Shown here one piece after another: positions 9,210 to 18,684 of a stretch of 64,000 bases of DNA. Both the position numbers and the translations under genes were made by a program. Under the pieces are notes generated by a model, which did no database searches, had not been told where the DNA came from, and saw nothing but the letters and a program-made list of their open reading frames with translations. The stretch covers positions 22,730 through 86,729 of the forward strand of contig CAYGWK010000004.1 of the NCBI GenBank assembly GCA_964353785.1. Reading direction: 5' to 3'. How positions within the stretch are numbered: position 1 is the stretch's first letter; every line of letters starts with the position of its first letter. The stretch comes from an uncultured Gammaproteobacteria bacterium (GTDB lineage: Bacteria > Patescibacteriota > Microgenomatia > CAYGWK01).

Positions 9210-9872
9210 ATGGTTTTTGTGAAAGAAAAAACCTTAAAATTAAAAAACGTAATTCAGCTTTATACTTTCATTTTTCTCATCTGGGGATTTTATCGATATT
9301 TATTTAGGCTTCCTGAAGAAATTGAAGAATTAGTTTTAAAACCTATCATTTGGCTTGGTCCAGTATTTTTTCTTCTTTTTAAAGAAAAAGCAAGTCTTTC
9401 CTCGCTCGGTTGGACAGGAAAAAATCTTTTTAAGAGTTTATATTTAGGAATAGGTTTGGGAATAATTTTTGCTATTGAAGGGTTATTTACTCATACCCTT
9501 AAATATGGCGGAATTTCTTTTGTTAAACTTGCCTATACCTCGCTTCCTGTTTTTTTAGTTGCCCTAGGCGTTTCTTTAGGAACAGCCATTTCTGAAGAAA
9601 CAGCCTTTCGCGGATATATTTTCTCAAGACTTTGGCAGATTTTAAAGAACGAATGGTTAGCAAATCTGGTCTCAAGCCTAGGTTGGGCCTTGGTTCACTT
9701 ACCCATTACCATTTTTGTTTTTCATTACAATCCGGTTCAGATTTTAGTTTTTCTCATTTTAACTTTTATTTTTGGGGCAGGCTCGGCTTTTGTTTTTGCC
9801 AGAACCGGAAATTTGGCTTCTTCAATTTTGCTTCACGTTTTCTGGGGCTGGCCAATAATATTATTTAGATAG
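9210..9872 (+). CDS. CPBP-family (CAAX/Abi) intramembrane glutamic protease
   Basis: Multi-TM; EETAFRGYIFSRL (EExxxR), later H and HxxxF-type motifs typical of the CPBP family; start chosen at MVFVKEK. Confidence 0.7.
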   Translation: MVFVKEKTLKLKNVIQLYTFIFLIWGFYRYLFRLPEEIEELVLKPIIWLGPVFFLLFKEKASLSSLGWTGKNLFKSLYLGIGLGIIFAIEGLFTHTLKYGGISFVKLAYTSLPVFLVALGVSLGTAISEETAFRGYIFSRLWQILKNEWLANLVSSLGWALVHLPITIFVFHYNPVQILVFLILTFIFGAGSAFVFARTGNLASSILLHVFWGWPIILFR

Positions 9873-9892
9873 ATTCTGCCTAAGGACAGGCT

Positions 9893-10336
9893 ATGAAAAA
9901 CATTGAAATTGATAAAGGCAGAGTTGTAGACACAAGGAAAAGTGGAGAACTTATCTGGCGTCGCCGCCAAATGCCTGATGGCACACGGTTTACCACTATA
10001 GAGAGGGTTGCATTATTTGTTTCTGACGAGAAAGGTGTAACAGAGGATTGGGACTTTGACAAATTGTATCATTCGATAGAAGAGGCATCATTTGGTAGAA
10101 TGACAGATGAACAGATTACAAAGATCATAAGTGAGTCTTTGCACCATTTTATATCGAAGAGAGATGGGTTGCAAAAAAGAGTGATATTTGCAAGAGATGT
10201 TGCAGAAACCGTATTTAGCGTATTAGAGAAAGTAGATATGGCCGCCGCTGTTTGTTATGGAGCAACTCATGGGGTTGGAATATTTAGTAGTGATAGCCTA
10301 GACCCGATTTCGGATTGGTTAGAAAAGAGAAAGTAA
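9893..10336 (+). CDS. hypothetical protein (cassette ORF)
   Basis: 147-aa ORF lying between two copies of the CPBP gene 3' end. Confidence 0.45.
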   Translation: MKNIEIDKGRVVDTRKSGELIWRRRQMPDGTRFTTIERVALFVSDEKGVTEDWDFDKLYHSIEEASFGRMTDEQITKIISESLHHFISKRDGLQKRVIFARDVAETVFSVLEKVDMAAAVCYGATHGVGIFSSDSLDPISDWLEKRK

Positions 10337-10442
10337 ATCAGATAAGCGTGATAGTCCGTAACACTTTAAGATGTCTTTTGGGGCTGGCCAATAATTCTGT
10401 TTAGGTAATTAGCTGATTAGTTGAACGGGGAATGGGGATAGT

Positions 10443-10769
10443 TTAGATCTTACCTATATCAAAATCAGATATCTTGTGCCGTTCAAGTTCCGCTTTAAGT
10501 CTGCGCTGCTCCCCTGGGGTTAATTGATTAAAAGTGACATTCAAAAGTCCTTCCACGACAGCCCTTATTGTTAAATTTATTAAATTTATATCCTTTTCAG
10601 ACAATTCGTCGCTTGGTTCAAAATCTTCAAAGATTTTCTTGAGTTGATCTTTTTGGAGTTGTAATAAAGAAGATTTATCAATTATTTCTAAGACATCAGA
10701 AAGAGGAATGAAGGCCTCTGGTTCTATTTCCGTTTCTGGAAGTTGAGGTTGATCTCTGCGTTCTGCCAT
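10443..10769 (-). CDS. hypothetical acidic protein
   Basis: 108-aa ORF, no recognisable motif. Confidence 0.4.
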   Translation of the reverse strand: MAERRDQPQLPETEIEPEAFIPLSDVLEIIDKSSLLQLQKDQLKKIFEDFEPSDELSEKDINLINLTIRAVVEGLLNVTFNQLTPGEQRRLKAELERHKISDFDIGKI

Positions 10770-10877
10770 TTATTTTAAAATAAATACTGCTCATTGAGCA
10801 GCTTTGAGAGATTTAAACATAAAAACACCCCCTTTGTCAAGATTTACTTTGGGAACTTATGTGTTATACTAAGGCTG

Positions 10878-11195
10878 ATGAGGAAGTGTCGTTATTGTGG
10901 GTTCCAAAATCCAGACACTGCCTCTGATTGTCTTCAATGCGGCAAAGATTTGCCTAAAACAACTCGAGAAGTCAAAGATGCCTTTGAAACTTTAGGGGCG
11001 GCCATGAAGGGGGATTGGGGAAAGGTTGGCCGAAAAACTGTTGAAGAGACAAAGCTTCACTTAAACCCTCTCTGGTGGCTTAAGGTAAAATTATTTCGTT
11101 TAAAACAAGCAGTCATCGGTTGTTTAATTATCTGGCTTATTATCATTGGTTTGGCTATTCTCGGCGGAATATTCTCTAAATTTCAAGGAAAATGA
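10878..11195 (+). CDS. zinc-ribbon protein with C-terminal TM helix
   Basis: CRYCGFQNPDTASDCLQCG zinc ribbon; C-terminal hydrophobic helix; 4-bp overlap with downstream HD gene. Confidence 0.55.
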   Translation: MRKCRYCGFQNPDTASDCLQCGKDLPKTTREVKDAFETLGAAMKGDWGKVGRKTVEETKLHLNPLWWLKVKLFRLKQAVIGCLIIWLIIIGLAILGGIFSKFQGK

Positions 11196-12130
11196 AAAAA
11201 AGAAAACCTGCTCTTCAAAAAATCTTAGTCGACGCCGGCGTTGAAATCGACCTTCCTCGGGCTTATGACGTTTTGGAGAAAAAATCAATTGAGACAGTTG
11301 AGGGAATTTTAAAAGATTATCCAAAAGCCCGGCAAATGTGGGAACTTTTGGTTTTTGATCCTGAAGTTCGAGCCGATTGGGACATGGCCGATTATATTGC
11401 CGTTACCAAATTAAATTTTAATGACCACGGAGAAATTCATGCCAAAATTGCCGCTGCTTCTTCTTTATCAATGCTTGACCTTTTAAGAAAAGCCGAAAAA
11501 AAATCTGATGTAATCTCTTCTGGGGCTGGAGATTGGGACGACGCCTTTTTAGTGGTGACCTGCGCCGCTCTTCTTCATGATATTGGCAACCAAGTCCACC
11601 GAGTTTCTCACGGAGACATTAGTCCCTATTTGGCTGTTCCTATTTTGGACAGACTCTTGCCTTTAATTTACTCGGAAATTGAGAAAAAAACCGAAATTCG
11701 GGGATTTATTCTTCATGCCATAAATACCCATGATGCCGAACCACCACCTCTAACGGTTGAGGCAGCTTTAGTTTGTATTTCTGATGCTTGTGATTTGACT
11801 AAAGGAAGAGGGAGATTAGCTTTTGATTTGGGAAATATTAATATTCATACGGTTTCCGCTCTTTCCATTGATAGTGTGGCGATTTTACCTGGAGAGCAAA
11901 AACCAATAAAAATTATCGTTACGATGAACAATTCAGCAGGAATTTTTCAGGTTGAGGAGGCTTTGGCTTCAAAAATTAACGCCGGACCGTTATCTGATTC
12001 AGTTGAAATGGTGGCGACCACCTATCCCAGAAAAGCAAAAACTGATAAAAGAATTATTTTTGAAATTGAAATGAAAGGAAGAAAATTTGAACCAAGAGGA
12101 GTTAAGAAAGGAGGTGAGAAGGAAAGTTGA
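11192..12130 (+). CDS. HD-domain phosphohydrolase
   Basis: H...LLHDIGN (HD motif) plus downstream His/Asp residues. Confidence 0.7.
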   Translation: MKKRKPALQKILVDAGVEIDLPRAYDVLEKKSIETVEGILKDYPKARQMWELLVFDPEVRADWDMADYIAVTKLNFNDHGEIHAKIAAASSLSMLDLLRKAEKKSDVISSGAGDWDDAFLVVTCAALLHDIGNQVHRVSHGDISPYLAVPILDRLLPLIYSEIEKKTEIRGFILHAINTHDAEPPPLTVEAALVCISDACDLTKGRGRLAFDLGNINIHTVSALSIDSVAILPGEQKPIKIIVTMNNSAGIFQVEEALASKINAGPLSDSVEMVATTYPRKAKTDKRIIFEIEMKGRKFEPRGVKKGGEKES

Positions 12131-12744
12131 AAAAAATTAAATATCTGGTTTTAGCATTAGCGGGATTAGTTTTTGCCATTGGAATTTTGAGCGCTTCGGT
12201 TTGGAGGATCCAGGCCCAAGTCTCAAGTCAAAATTTCAAGGTTCAAACAGTTCCTGAAACCTTAGGAGCAGAAATTACTCCGACTCCCTCGCCGATACCC
12301 ACAGTTGATTATTATCTTCCATACCCTGGGATTTTGCCTGATAACATTTTGTATCCTTTAAAGATGGTCCGAGATAAAATTTTACTAATCTTAACTTTTG
12401 ATTCGGTCAAAAAGGCAGAAAGACTTCTTCTTTTTGCTGACAAAAGGGCCAATGCCGCCAAAGCCTTAATTGAGGGAGGGAAGGTGGAATTGGGAATTTC
12501 CACCATAACTAAGGGAGAAAAATATTTAGAGCAGGCAATTGCCCAGGCTGAAAAAGCCAAACAGGCAGGTAAAGACACCACTGCTCTATATGAAAAACTC
12601 GCCCAAGCAACCCTGAAACACCAAGAGGTCTTAACTGGGGTTTTAGTTAAAGTTCCAGATACGGCAAAAGGGGCAATTCAGGACGCCCTTCGCTATTCTC
12701 GCCAGGGTTATGAGACCGTAAGTAGAGTGATTGAACAGAAGTGA
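12127..12744 (+). CDS. secreted/membrane-anchored hypothetical protein
   Basis: N-terminal signal/TM segment, helical alanine/lysine-rich C-terminal region. Confidence 0.5.
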   Translation: MKKIKYLVLALAGLVFAIGILSASVWRIQAQVSSQNFKVQTVPETLGAEITPTPSPIPTVDYYLPYPGILPDNILYPLKMVRDKILLILTFDSVKKAERLLLFADKRANAAKALIEGGKVELGISTITKGEKYLEQAIAQAEKAKQAGKDTTALYEKLAQATLKHQEVLTGVLVKVPDTAKGAIQDALRYSRQGYETVSRVIEQK

Positions 12745-12905
12745 GTGGTGTATTGGGCTCGGAAATGAATTTGTTGCTTGGATTTGAGATGGCTGCCCGC
12801 TTAGCGGGCACCAGCTCGCGACTGGGAAATTCGTAACTCAAGTTGTGTTCCGCTTGGGTCGCGGCTTGCCACATAAATCCTGCGCAAAAATTATTTCCTC
12901 GTCCT
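12745..12905. repeat. GC-rich noncoding repeat element, copy 1 (candidate structured RNA)
   Basis: Shares GAAYTTGTTGCTTGG, CRAGTTGTGTTYCG, GGCTTGCCA and AAYCCTGCGCAAAARTTAT blocks with copy 2 at 45340-45510. Confidence 0.5.
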
Positions 12906-13020
12906 GTTTGAAATCCTCACAAAAACCGATACAAAAATTACTCAAAATCTTCTCTTGGTTTTTCTTTAAAAATAGCCAAAATCTTCTTATTTTGATATAC
13001 TTTGATGGCTTTATTGCTAG

Positions 13021-13050
13021 TTGACATACTGGATGTAGGGCTTCTATATT
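13021..13050 (+). promoter_or_regulatory. sigma70-like promoter for nrdR-nrdJ
   Basis: TTGACA at 13021-13026, 18-bp spacer, TATATT at 13045-13050, ~40 nt upstream of the nrdR ATG. Confidence 0.45.
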
Positions 13051-13057
13051 GATAATT

Positions 13058-13072
13058 GCGCTATAAATAGCG
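13058..13072. promoter_or_regulatory. candidate NrdR box (near-perfect palindrome)
   Basis: GCGCTATAAATAGCG palindrome plus adjacent TTCTATATTGATAA half-site, between the promoter and nrdR. Confidence 0.4.
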
Positions 13073-13086
13073 TTTTTTCTTTCACT

Positions 13087-13530
13087 ATGCGGTGTCCATT
13101 TTGTGGTCATGACCAGACAGAGGTTTTAGAATCAAGGATTTCTGAAGACGGAAATTCTTTCCGAAGAAGAAGAGAATGCGCCAAATGCAAAAAGCGTTTT
13201 ACTACTTACGAGCGGGCTGAAAGAACCCTTTTGGTGACTAAAAAGGATGGCCGGAGGGAATCGTTTGACCGGGAGAAAATTAAAAAAGGAATTCTTTTGG
13301 CTTGTCATAAAAGGCCAGTTTCCCTGGATTTAATTGACGACATGGTTGGTGAGGTTGAGCAAGAGCTTTTGCGAAAGGATTCAGCCGAGATTTCTTCAAA
13401 GACAATTGGTAATGCAGTTTTGAAGAGATTAAAAAAAGTCGATAAAGTCGCTTGGCTTAGATTTGCCAGTGTTTATTTGGAATTCTCTGACCTTTCGGAT
13501 TTTGAGAAAGCAATTGAAAAGGTTTCTTAA
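13087..13530 (+). CDS. nrdR: transcriptional repressor NrdR (zinc ribbon + ATP-cone)
   Basis: MRCPFCGHDQTEVLESR...CAKCKKRFTTYER zinc ribbon followed by an ATP-cone domain; canonical size. Confidence 0.95.
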   Translation: MRCPFCGHDQTEVLESRISEDGNSFRRRRECAKCKKRFTTYERAERTLLVTKKDGRRESFDREKIKKGILLACHKRPVSLDLIDDMVGEVEQELLRKDSAEISSKTIGNAVLKRLKKVDKVAWLRFASVYLEFSDLSDFEKAIEKVS

Positions 13531-13532
13531 AA

Positions 13533-15950
13533 ATGTCTAGTAGGGCAGAGGTAAGACCTCAATATTATCAACACCGCTTTTCTCCAGACAACGGCGAATT
13601 TAGGCAAATGCCTGAGCCTCTTCCTGTCAATCCAGATGGTTCATTTATGGATAGAAGAGAATGGATAAAAGAACAAGCTCAAAAAATTCCCACAATTTCC
13701 GAAGACCTTCCTGATCCAGTCTTATCCGAAAATGGACTTGTAGTTTTAGAAAAAAGATACTTATCTCGAGATGAGAAAGAGAATTTAATAGAAACTCCGA
13801 AAGAAATGTTTTGGCGAGTTGCCTACAATGTTGCGATGGCGGATAAACTCTATAACGGACAAGAAGTTGAAAGGACAGCCAGAGAATTTTACGAAGTTAT
13901 GGCGAATTTAGAGTTCTTGCCAAATTCGCCAACCTTAATGAATGCGGGGAGGCGACTTCAACAACTTTCTGCCTGTTTTGTTTTGCCGGTTGAGGATTCG
14001 CTGGATTCGATAATGGATGCAGCTAAAGCAACTGCCTTGATTCATCAATCTGGAGGGGGTACTGGATTTTCGTTTTCTAGGTTACGACCAGAGGGGAGTC
14101 CAGTGAAATCAAGCGGAGGACAAGCTTCAGGACCTCTTTCTTTTATGAAAATTTTTGATCAGACGACAGAGCAGATTAAACAAGGAGGAAGAAGGCGGGG
14201 AGCAAATATGGGGATTTTGCGAGTTGACCACCCCGATATTGAAAAATTCGTTAATGCCAAGACCAAACCTGGGGTTTTTGAGAATTTTAATCTCTCGGTA
14301 GCGGTAACTGATGAATTCATGGAAGCGGTTAAAGGGGATGGAGAATATGATCTTGTTAATCCCCACACGGGAGAAAAGACCAAAACTAAAGCAGGAGAAA
14401 TTTTTAATCTGATTGTTGAATGTGCTTGGAGGAGTGGAGAACCGGGAGTAGTTTTTATTGATGAAATTAATCGGAAAAATCCTACTTCCCATCTTGGACC
14501 GATTGAATCCACTAATCCTTGTGGCGAGCAACCTCTTCATCCATATGAATCCTGTAATCTGGGTTCAATTAATCTTTCTAAAATGATAAAAGAAGGAAGG
14601 GTTGATTGGGAAAAATTAGAAAAAACAATTAAGGTTGCGGTTCATTTCCTTGACAACGTGATTGATGTGAATCGTTATCCGTTACCCGAAATTGAGAAAA
14701 TGACCTTAGGAAATCGGAAAATTGGCCTTGGGATAATGGGTTTTGCCGATATGCTGGTTCAATTGGGAATTAGTTACGACAGCCAACCAGGGCTAGAAAC
14801 TTCCGAGGCAGTAATGAAATTTATTCAAGAAAAGGGGTATGAAGCATCAGAAGTATTAGCTAAAATCCGAGGTGTTTTTCCCAATTGGGAAGAAAGCCTT
14901 CATCAAAAAGAGGGAAGAAAATTAAGAAATGCGACAATCACGACGATTGCTCCAACTGGGACTATTGGTATCATTGCTGGTTGTTCTCAAGGATGCGAAC
15001 CGTATTACGCTCTTTCGTTTGAAAGAAAGGGAATTCTTGATGGGAAGACAACAATTTTTGAATTAAATCCTTATGTCGAAGAAATTACCAAAGAGGAATG
15101 TTTAGAAGAGGCGGTGATAGAAAGAATTAAAAAGGAGGGAAGTTTAAGGCAAATCCCAGAGGTGCCAGATAGAATGAAGAAAATTTTTCCTACCGCTCTT
15201 GAGATTTCTCCAGAGTGGCACGTAAGGATACAGGCAGCATTTCAAAGACATATTGATAATGCAGTTTCAAAAACAATCAATTTCCCCCAAGAGGCTACCG
15301 CTGATGATATTCGTCAGGCTTATCTTTTAGCTTACAATGTTGGTTGCAAAGGTTTAACAATTTACCGAGATAAATCAAGAGAAAGACAAGTTCTTTATGC
15401 AGGCGAAAAGAGAGAAGAAGTTGGAGAGCGCAGACCACGGTCTCGCCCAGAAGTAACCAGAGGGGAAACAGAGAAAATTAGTCTCGGTTGTGGTCAAACT
15501 CTATATGTAACTATAAATGAAGATAAAGAAGGGCTTTGTGAGGTATTTTGTCAAATGGGTAAGTCGGGTGGTTGTATAACTTCTCATTCAGAAGTAGTGG
15601 GGCGGTTAATTTCGCTTAACCTACGTTCTGGAGTAATCCCTGAAGCAATCATCAAGCAACTACGGGGAATTCGCTGTCCTTCCCCAACGTGGAATAGCGG
15701 GCGTTCGATCCTTTCTTGCGCCGACGCAATCGGTCAGGTAATAGAGAGATATAAAAAAGGAAGAGAGGGTGCCTCTCAAGAATCGTTTTTATCAATAAAA
15801 ATGTCACCGGAGATTAAAAACGAAGGACAGCATGATTCTTCTGAAAATGCCTTAGGTTATTGTCCAGAGTGTCCAGAGTGTGGAGCGATGTTTCAATTTA
15901 GTGAGGGATGCGTCAGATGTCCTGCTTGTGGATATTCTCAATGTGGCTAA
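13533..15950 (+). CDS. nrdJ: class II (adenosylcobalamin-dependent) ribonucleotide reductase
   Basis: LSACFVL, TNPCGEQPL active-site region, C-terminal CPECPECG...CVRCPACG zinc finger typical of monomeric class II RNR. Confidence 0.9.
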   Translation: MSSRAEVRPQYYQHRFSPDNGEFRQMPEPLPVNPDGSFMDRREWIKEQAQKIPTISEDLPDPVLSENGLVVLEKRYLSRDEKENLIETPKEMFWRVAYNVAMADKLYNGQEVERTAREFYEVMANLEFLPNSPTLMNAGRRLQQLSACFVLPVEDSLDSIMDAAKATALIHQSGGGTGFSFSRLRPEGSPVKSSGGQASGPLSFMKIFDQTTEQIKQGGRRRGANMGILRVDHPDIEKFVNAKTKPGVFENFNLSVAVTDEFMEAVKGDGEYDLVNPHTGEKTKTKAGEIFNLIVECAWRSGEPGVVFIDEINRKNPTSHLGPIESTNPCGEQPLHPYESCNLGSINLSKMIKEGRVDWEKLEKTIKVAVHFLDNVIDVNRYPLPEIEKMTLGNRKIGLGIMGFADMLVQLGISYDSQPGLETSEAVMKFIQEKGYEASEVLAKIRGVFPNWEESLHQKEGRKLRNATITTIAPTGTIGIIAGCSQGCEPYYALSFERKGILDGKTTIFELNPYVEEITKEECLEEAVIERIKKEGSLRQIPEVPDRMKKIFPTALEISPEWHVRIQAAFQRHIDNAVSKTINFPQEATADDIRQAYLLAYNVGCKGLTIYRDKSRERQVLYAGEKREEVGERRPRSRPEVTRGETEKISLGCGQTLYVTINEDKEGLCEVFCQMGKSGGCITSHSEVVGRLISLNLRSGVIPEAIIKQLRGIRCPSPTWNSGRSILSCADAIGQVIERYKKGREGASQESFLSIKMSPEIKNEGQHDSSENALGYCPECPECGAMFQFSEGCVRCPACGYSQCG

Positions 15951-15994
15951 GATTTATTGTTCTTCCTGGTCATTTATAATATAATTACTTCAAT

Positions 15995-16324
15995 ATGCCG
16001 GAACTGCCCGAAAGAAAACCTCCTGAAGCCGAAAGAGGTTATGTAGTAGAAGTAAAAGAGCCGTACCCAGAAAAAGAAGGACTGGTGGAGAGAGTTTGGA
16101 AAGAGGATCTTGAACTGGAGAAACCAGTTACCTACAAACGCCAAGTTTTAGTGACTTCGGCCCGTGCTCAAAAACCAAGAATTGTTTTGCCCTTAACTCG
16201 CCAGGCCTACCTTAATCCTACCAACTGGCACAAGCCAATTGTCTATGCCATTCGTTGGCTTTTAACTTGGGCTCAAAGAATTATTAAAATGCAACCAAAA
16301 GAAGTTATTTTTGAAAAAACATGA
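15995..16324 (+). CDS. hypothetical protein
   Basis: 109-aa ORF, 4-bp overlap with downstream ATPase gene. Confidence 0.4.
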   Translation: MPELPERKPPEAERGYVVEVKEPYPEKEGLVERVWKEDLELEKPVTYKRQVLVTSARAQKPRIVLPLTRQAYLNPTNWHKPIVYAIRWLLTWAQRIIKMQPKEVIFEKT

Positions 16325-18654
16325 ATCCAACATTTGATATTTTTTCTATCCTTTCCTCCCTTTTTATTTTTTCGCTAGCGACTCTTTTTTTATCCGGGGC
16401 TCTAATTTTTTTGGGTTATGTATTTTTGACCTGGTGGCGCTATAAAGACCGGGAAAAACGCTCTCTTGAGTATGTTTTACTTCAAGTCGCCGTTCCCCAT
16501 GATAACGAGATAAAAATTGACGCGGCCGAGCAAATGTTTTCTTCCTTATATTCAGTCAAAATTGGCGGTTTTCTTTCTTTTCTCCGACCCCAGCCACATA
16601 TAACTTTGGAGATTGTTGCCTTACCTGAGGACATTCGTTTCTATGTTTCTGTTCCAAAAAAACTTCAAGATTTGGTGGAAAAACAAATAAATGGCGCCTA
16701 TCCTGACGCGGAAATAAAAGAGGTTCCCGAGTATAATATTTTTTCCGAAGAAGGAAGGGTGTCTTTTGCTTCTTTAGGATTTCGTAGTACGCCATTTTAT
16801 CCGGTAAAAATTTATAAAGACCTGCCAACTGACCCTCTATCTTTGCTGACTTCGGCTTTGGCAAAAATGCAAAAAGGGGAGGGAGCCGCCATTCAAATTT
16901 TAATTTCTCCAGCCTCAGGCAAATGGCGCTCTTCTGGAAAAAAATTTGTCGCTAAAACTAAAAGCCAGGAGGCAGATCCAGAGAAAGCCAAATTTGCAGT
17001 TGACGCCAAAACCTTAGAGGCAATTGAAAACAAATGCTCAAAGCCTGGATTTGAAACCCAAATCCGAATTGTTGTTTGTTCAACCTCTGAAGAGCAGGCA
17101 AAAGCCCATCTTTCAAATATAAAGAGCGCTTTTGAACAATTTTCTTCGGATTTAAACAGTTTTAAGGGAAAAAGAATTTTTGTAAAGGGCGCTTTTATGA
17201 ATGATTTTATTTATCGCTATCAACCAATGGTCCGTTTCGGCTTGACTACGATTTTAAATTCTGAAGAATTAGCCACGATTTTCCATTTTCCCAATAAGCA
17301 GGTTGAGACCCCTCATATTTTTTGGCTTTATGCTAAAAGAGCTCCGGCTCCAGAAAAAGTGCCAACCGAAGGCTTGTATCTCGGTAAATCAGTTTATCGG
17401 GGGCTTGAACGACCGGTTTATATTACTGAAAAAGACCGCAGACAACATATTTATATTATTGGTAAAACCGGAACCGGAAAGTCCCATCTTTTAAAGGATT
17501 TAATTTTACAAGATATTCGGGCTGGTAAGGGAGTTTGTTTTATTGACCCTCATGACACCATTGATTTAATTTTGCCCCTGATTCCTCCAGAGCGGGCCGA
17601 AGATGTCATTTATTTTGACCCTTGCGATTATGACCGACCGATGGGTTTAAATATGATTGAGGCCTACACCGAAGAACAGCAACATTTTATCGCTACCTCA
17701 ATTATTGGTTTGATGTATAAACTTTATGACCCCTATAAAACCGGAATCATCGGTCCGCGTTTTGAGCATGCCATCAGAAACGCGATGCTGACGGTCATGT
17801 CCGAGCCTGGCAATACTTTTGTTGAGGTTGTCAGATGTTTGACTGATTCTTCTTTTGTTCAAGAAATTTTACCAAAAGTTAAAGACCCGATAGTCCGGAG
17901 ATATTGGACTGACCAGATTGCCCAAACCGCTGATTTTCACAAATCCGAAGTTTTAGACTACATTGTTTCTAAATTTGGTCGGTTTGTTACCAACAAAATG
18001 ATGAGAAATATTATTGGTCAGTCAAAGTCTGCTTTTAATTTCCGGGAAGTGATGGACCAAGGAAAAATTTTATTTATTAATTTAGCCAAAGGGAAAATAG
18101 GGGAGGAGAATTCAAATTTCTTAGGACTAGTCTTGGTGCCAAAACTTTTGGTGGCGGCCATGAGTCGTCAAGATACACCTTTGGAGCAGAGAAAAGATTT
18201 TTATCTTTATGTTGATGAGTTTCAAAACTTTGCCACTCCTGATTTCGCCACCATGCTTTCTGAAGCCCGAAAATTTAGACTTAATATCGCCGTGGCCAAT
18301 CAATTTATTGGTCAAGTTGAAGAGGAGGTTAAAAACGCCATTTTTGGCAATATTGGAACTTTAGTTGCCTTTCGAGTCGGAGTTCAAGACGCCTCCTATC
18401 TTCAGCATGAATTCCAGCCAACTTTTTCCGAATCTGATTTAATTAATATTGACAGATTCCATGTTTATATGAAGACGATTGTTGATAATGAGCCAGTACC
18501 GCCATTCTCGGCTGATTTAACTAAAGATTTATCAGAAGAGGAAAAACTCAAAAATCCCAAAGTGGCTGAGATTATTAAAGAAATGTCCAGGCTTAAATAC
18601 GGACGGGATAAAGAGGAAGTGGAAGAAGAGACTGAAAGAAGGGCGAGATTGTAA
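16321..18654 (+). CDS. membrane-anchored P-loop ATPase of the FtsK/HerA/VirB4-VirD4 (DUF87-like) superfamily
   Basis: N-terminal TM helix, Walker A IIGKTGTGKSHLL, Walker B LYVDEFQNF, C-terminal acidic tail. Confidence 0.55.
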   Translation: MNPTFDIFSILSSLFIFSLATLFLSGALIFLGYVFLTWWRYKDREKRSLEYVLLQVAVPHDNEIKIDAAEQMFSSLYSVKIGGFLSFLRPQPHITLEIVALPEDIRFYVSVPKKLQDLVEKQINGAYPDAEIKEVPEYNIFSEEGRVSFASLGFRSTPFYPVKIYKDLPTDPLSLLTSALAKMQKGEGAAIQILISPASGKWRSSGKKFVAKTKSQEADPEKAKFAVDAKTLEAIENKCSKPGFETQIRIVVCSTSEEQAKAHLSNIKSAFEQFSSDLNSFKGKRIFVKGAFMNDFIYRYQPMVRFGLTTILNSEELATIFHFPNKQVETPHIFWLYAKRAPAPEKVPTEGLYLGKSVYRGLERPVYITEKDRRQHIYIIGKTGTGKSHLLKDLILQDIRAGKGVCFIDPHDTIDLILPLIPPERAEDVIYFDPCDYDRPMGLNMIEAYTEEQQHFIATSIIGLMYKLYDPYKTGIIGPRFEHAIRNAMLTVMSEPGNTFVEVVRCLTDSSFVQEILPKVKDPIVRRYWTDQIAQTADFHKSEVLDYIVSKFGRFVTNKMMRNIIGQSKSAFNFREVMDQGKILFINLAKGKIGEENSNFLGLVLVPKLLVAAMSRQDTPLEQRKDFYLYVDEFQNFATPDFATMLSEARKFRLNIAVANQFIGQVEEEVKNAIFGNIGTLVAFRVGVQDASYLQHEFQPTFSESDLINIDRFHVYMKTIVDNEPVPPFSADLTKDLSEEEKLKNPKVAEIIKEMSRLKYGRDKEEVEEETERRARL

Positions 18655-18684
18655 TTTTCTTCTAAATCTGCTAAAATCAGCCTC

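Noticed and set aside
12838-13110. ORF 12838..13110 (-), 90 aa
   Set aside because: It overlaps the conserved noncoding repeat element and the nrdR promoter/NrdR-box region. Its composition is typical of a chance ORF in an AT-rich spacer.
14127-14540. Two overlapping minus-strand ORFs inside nrdJ
   Set aside because: They are antisense to the class II RNR active-site region, so they are artefactual frames.
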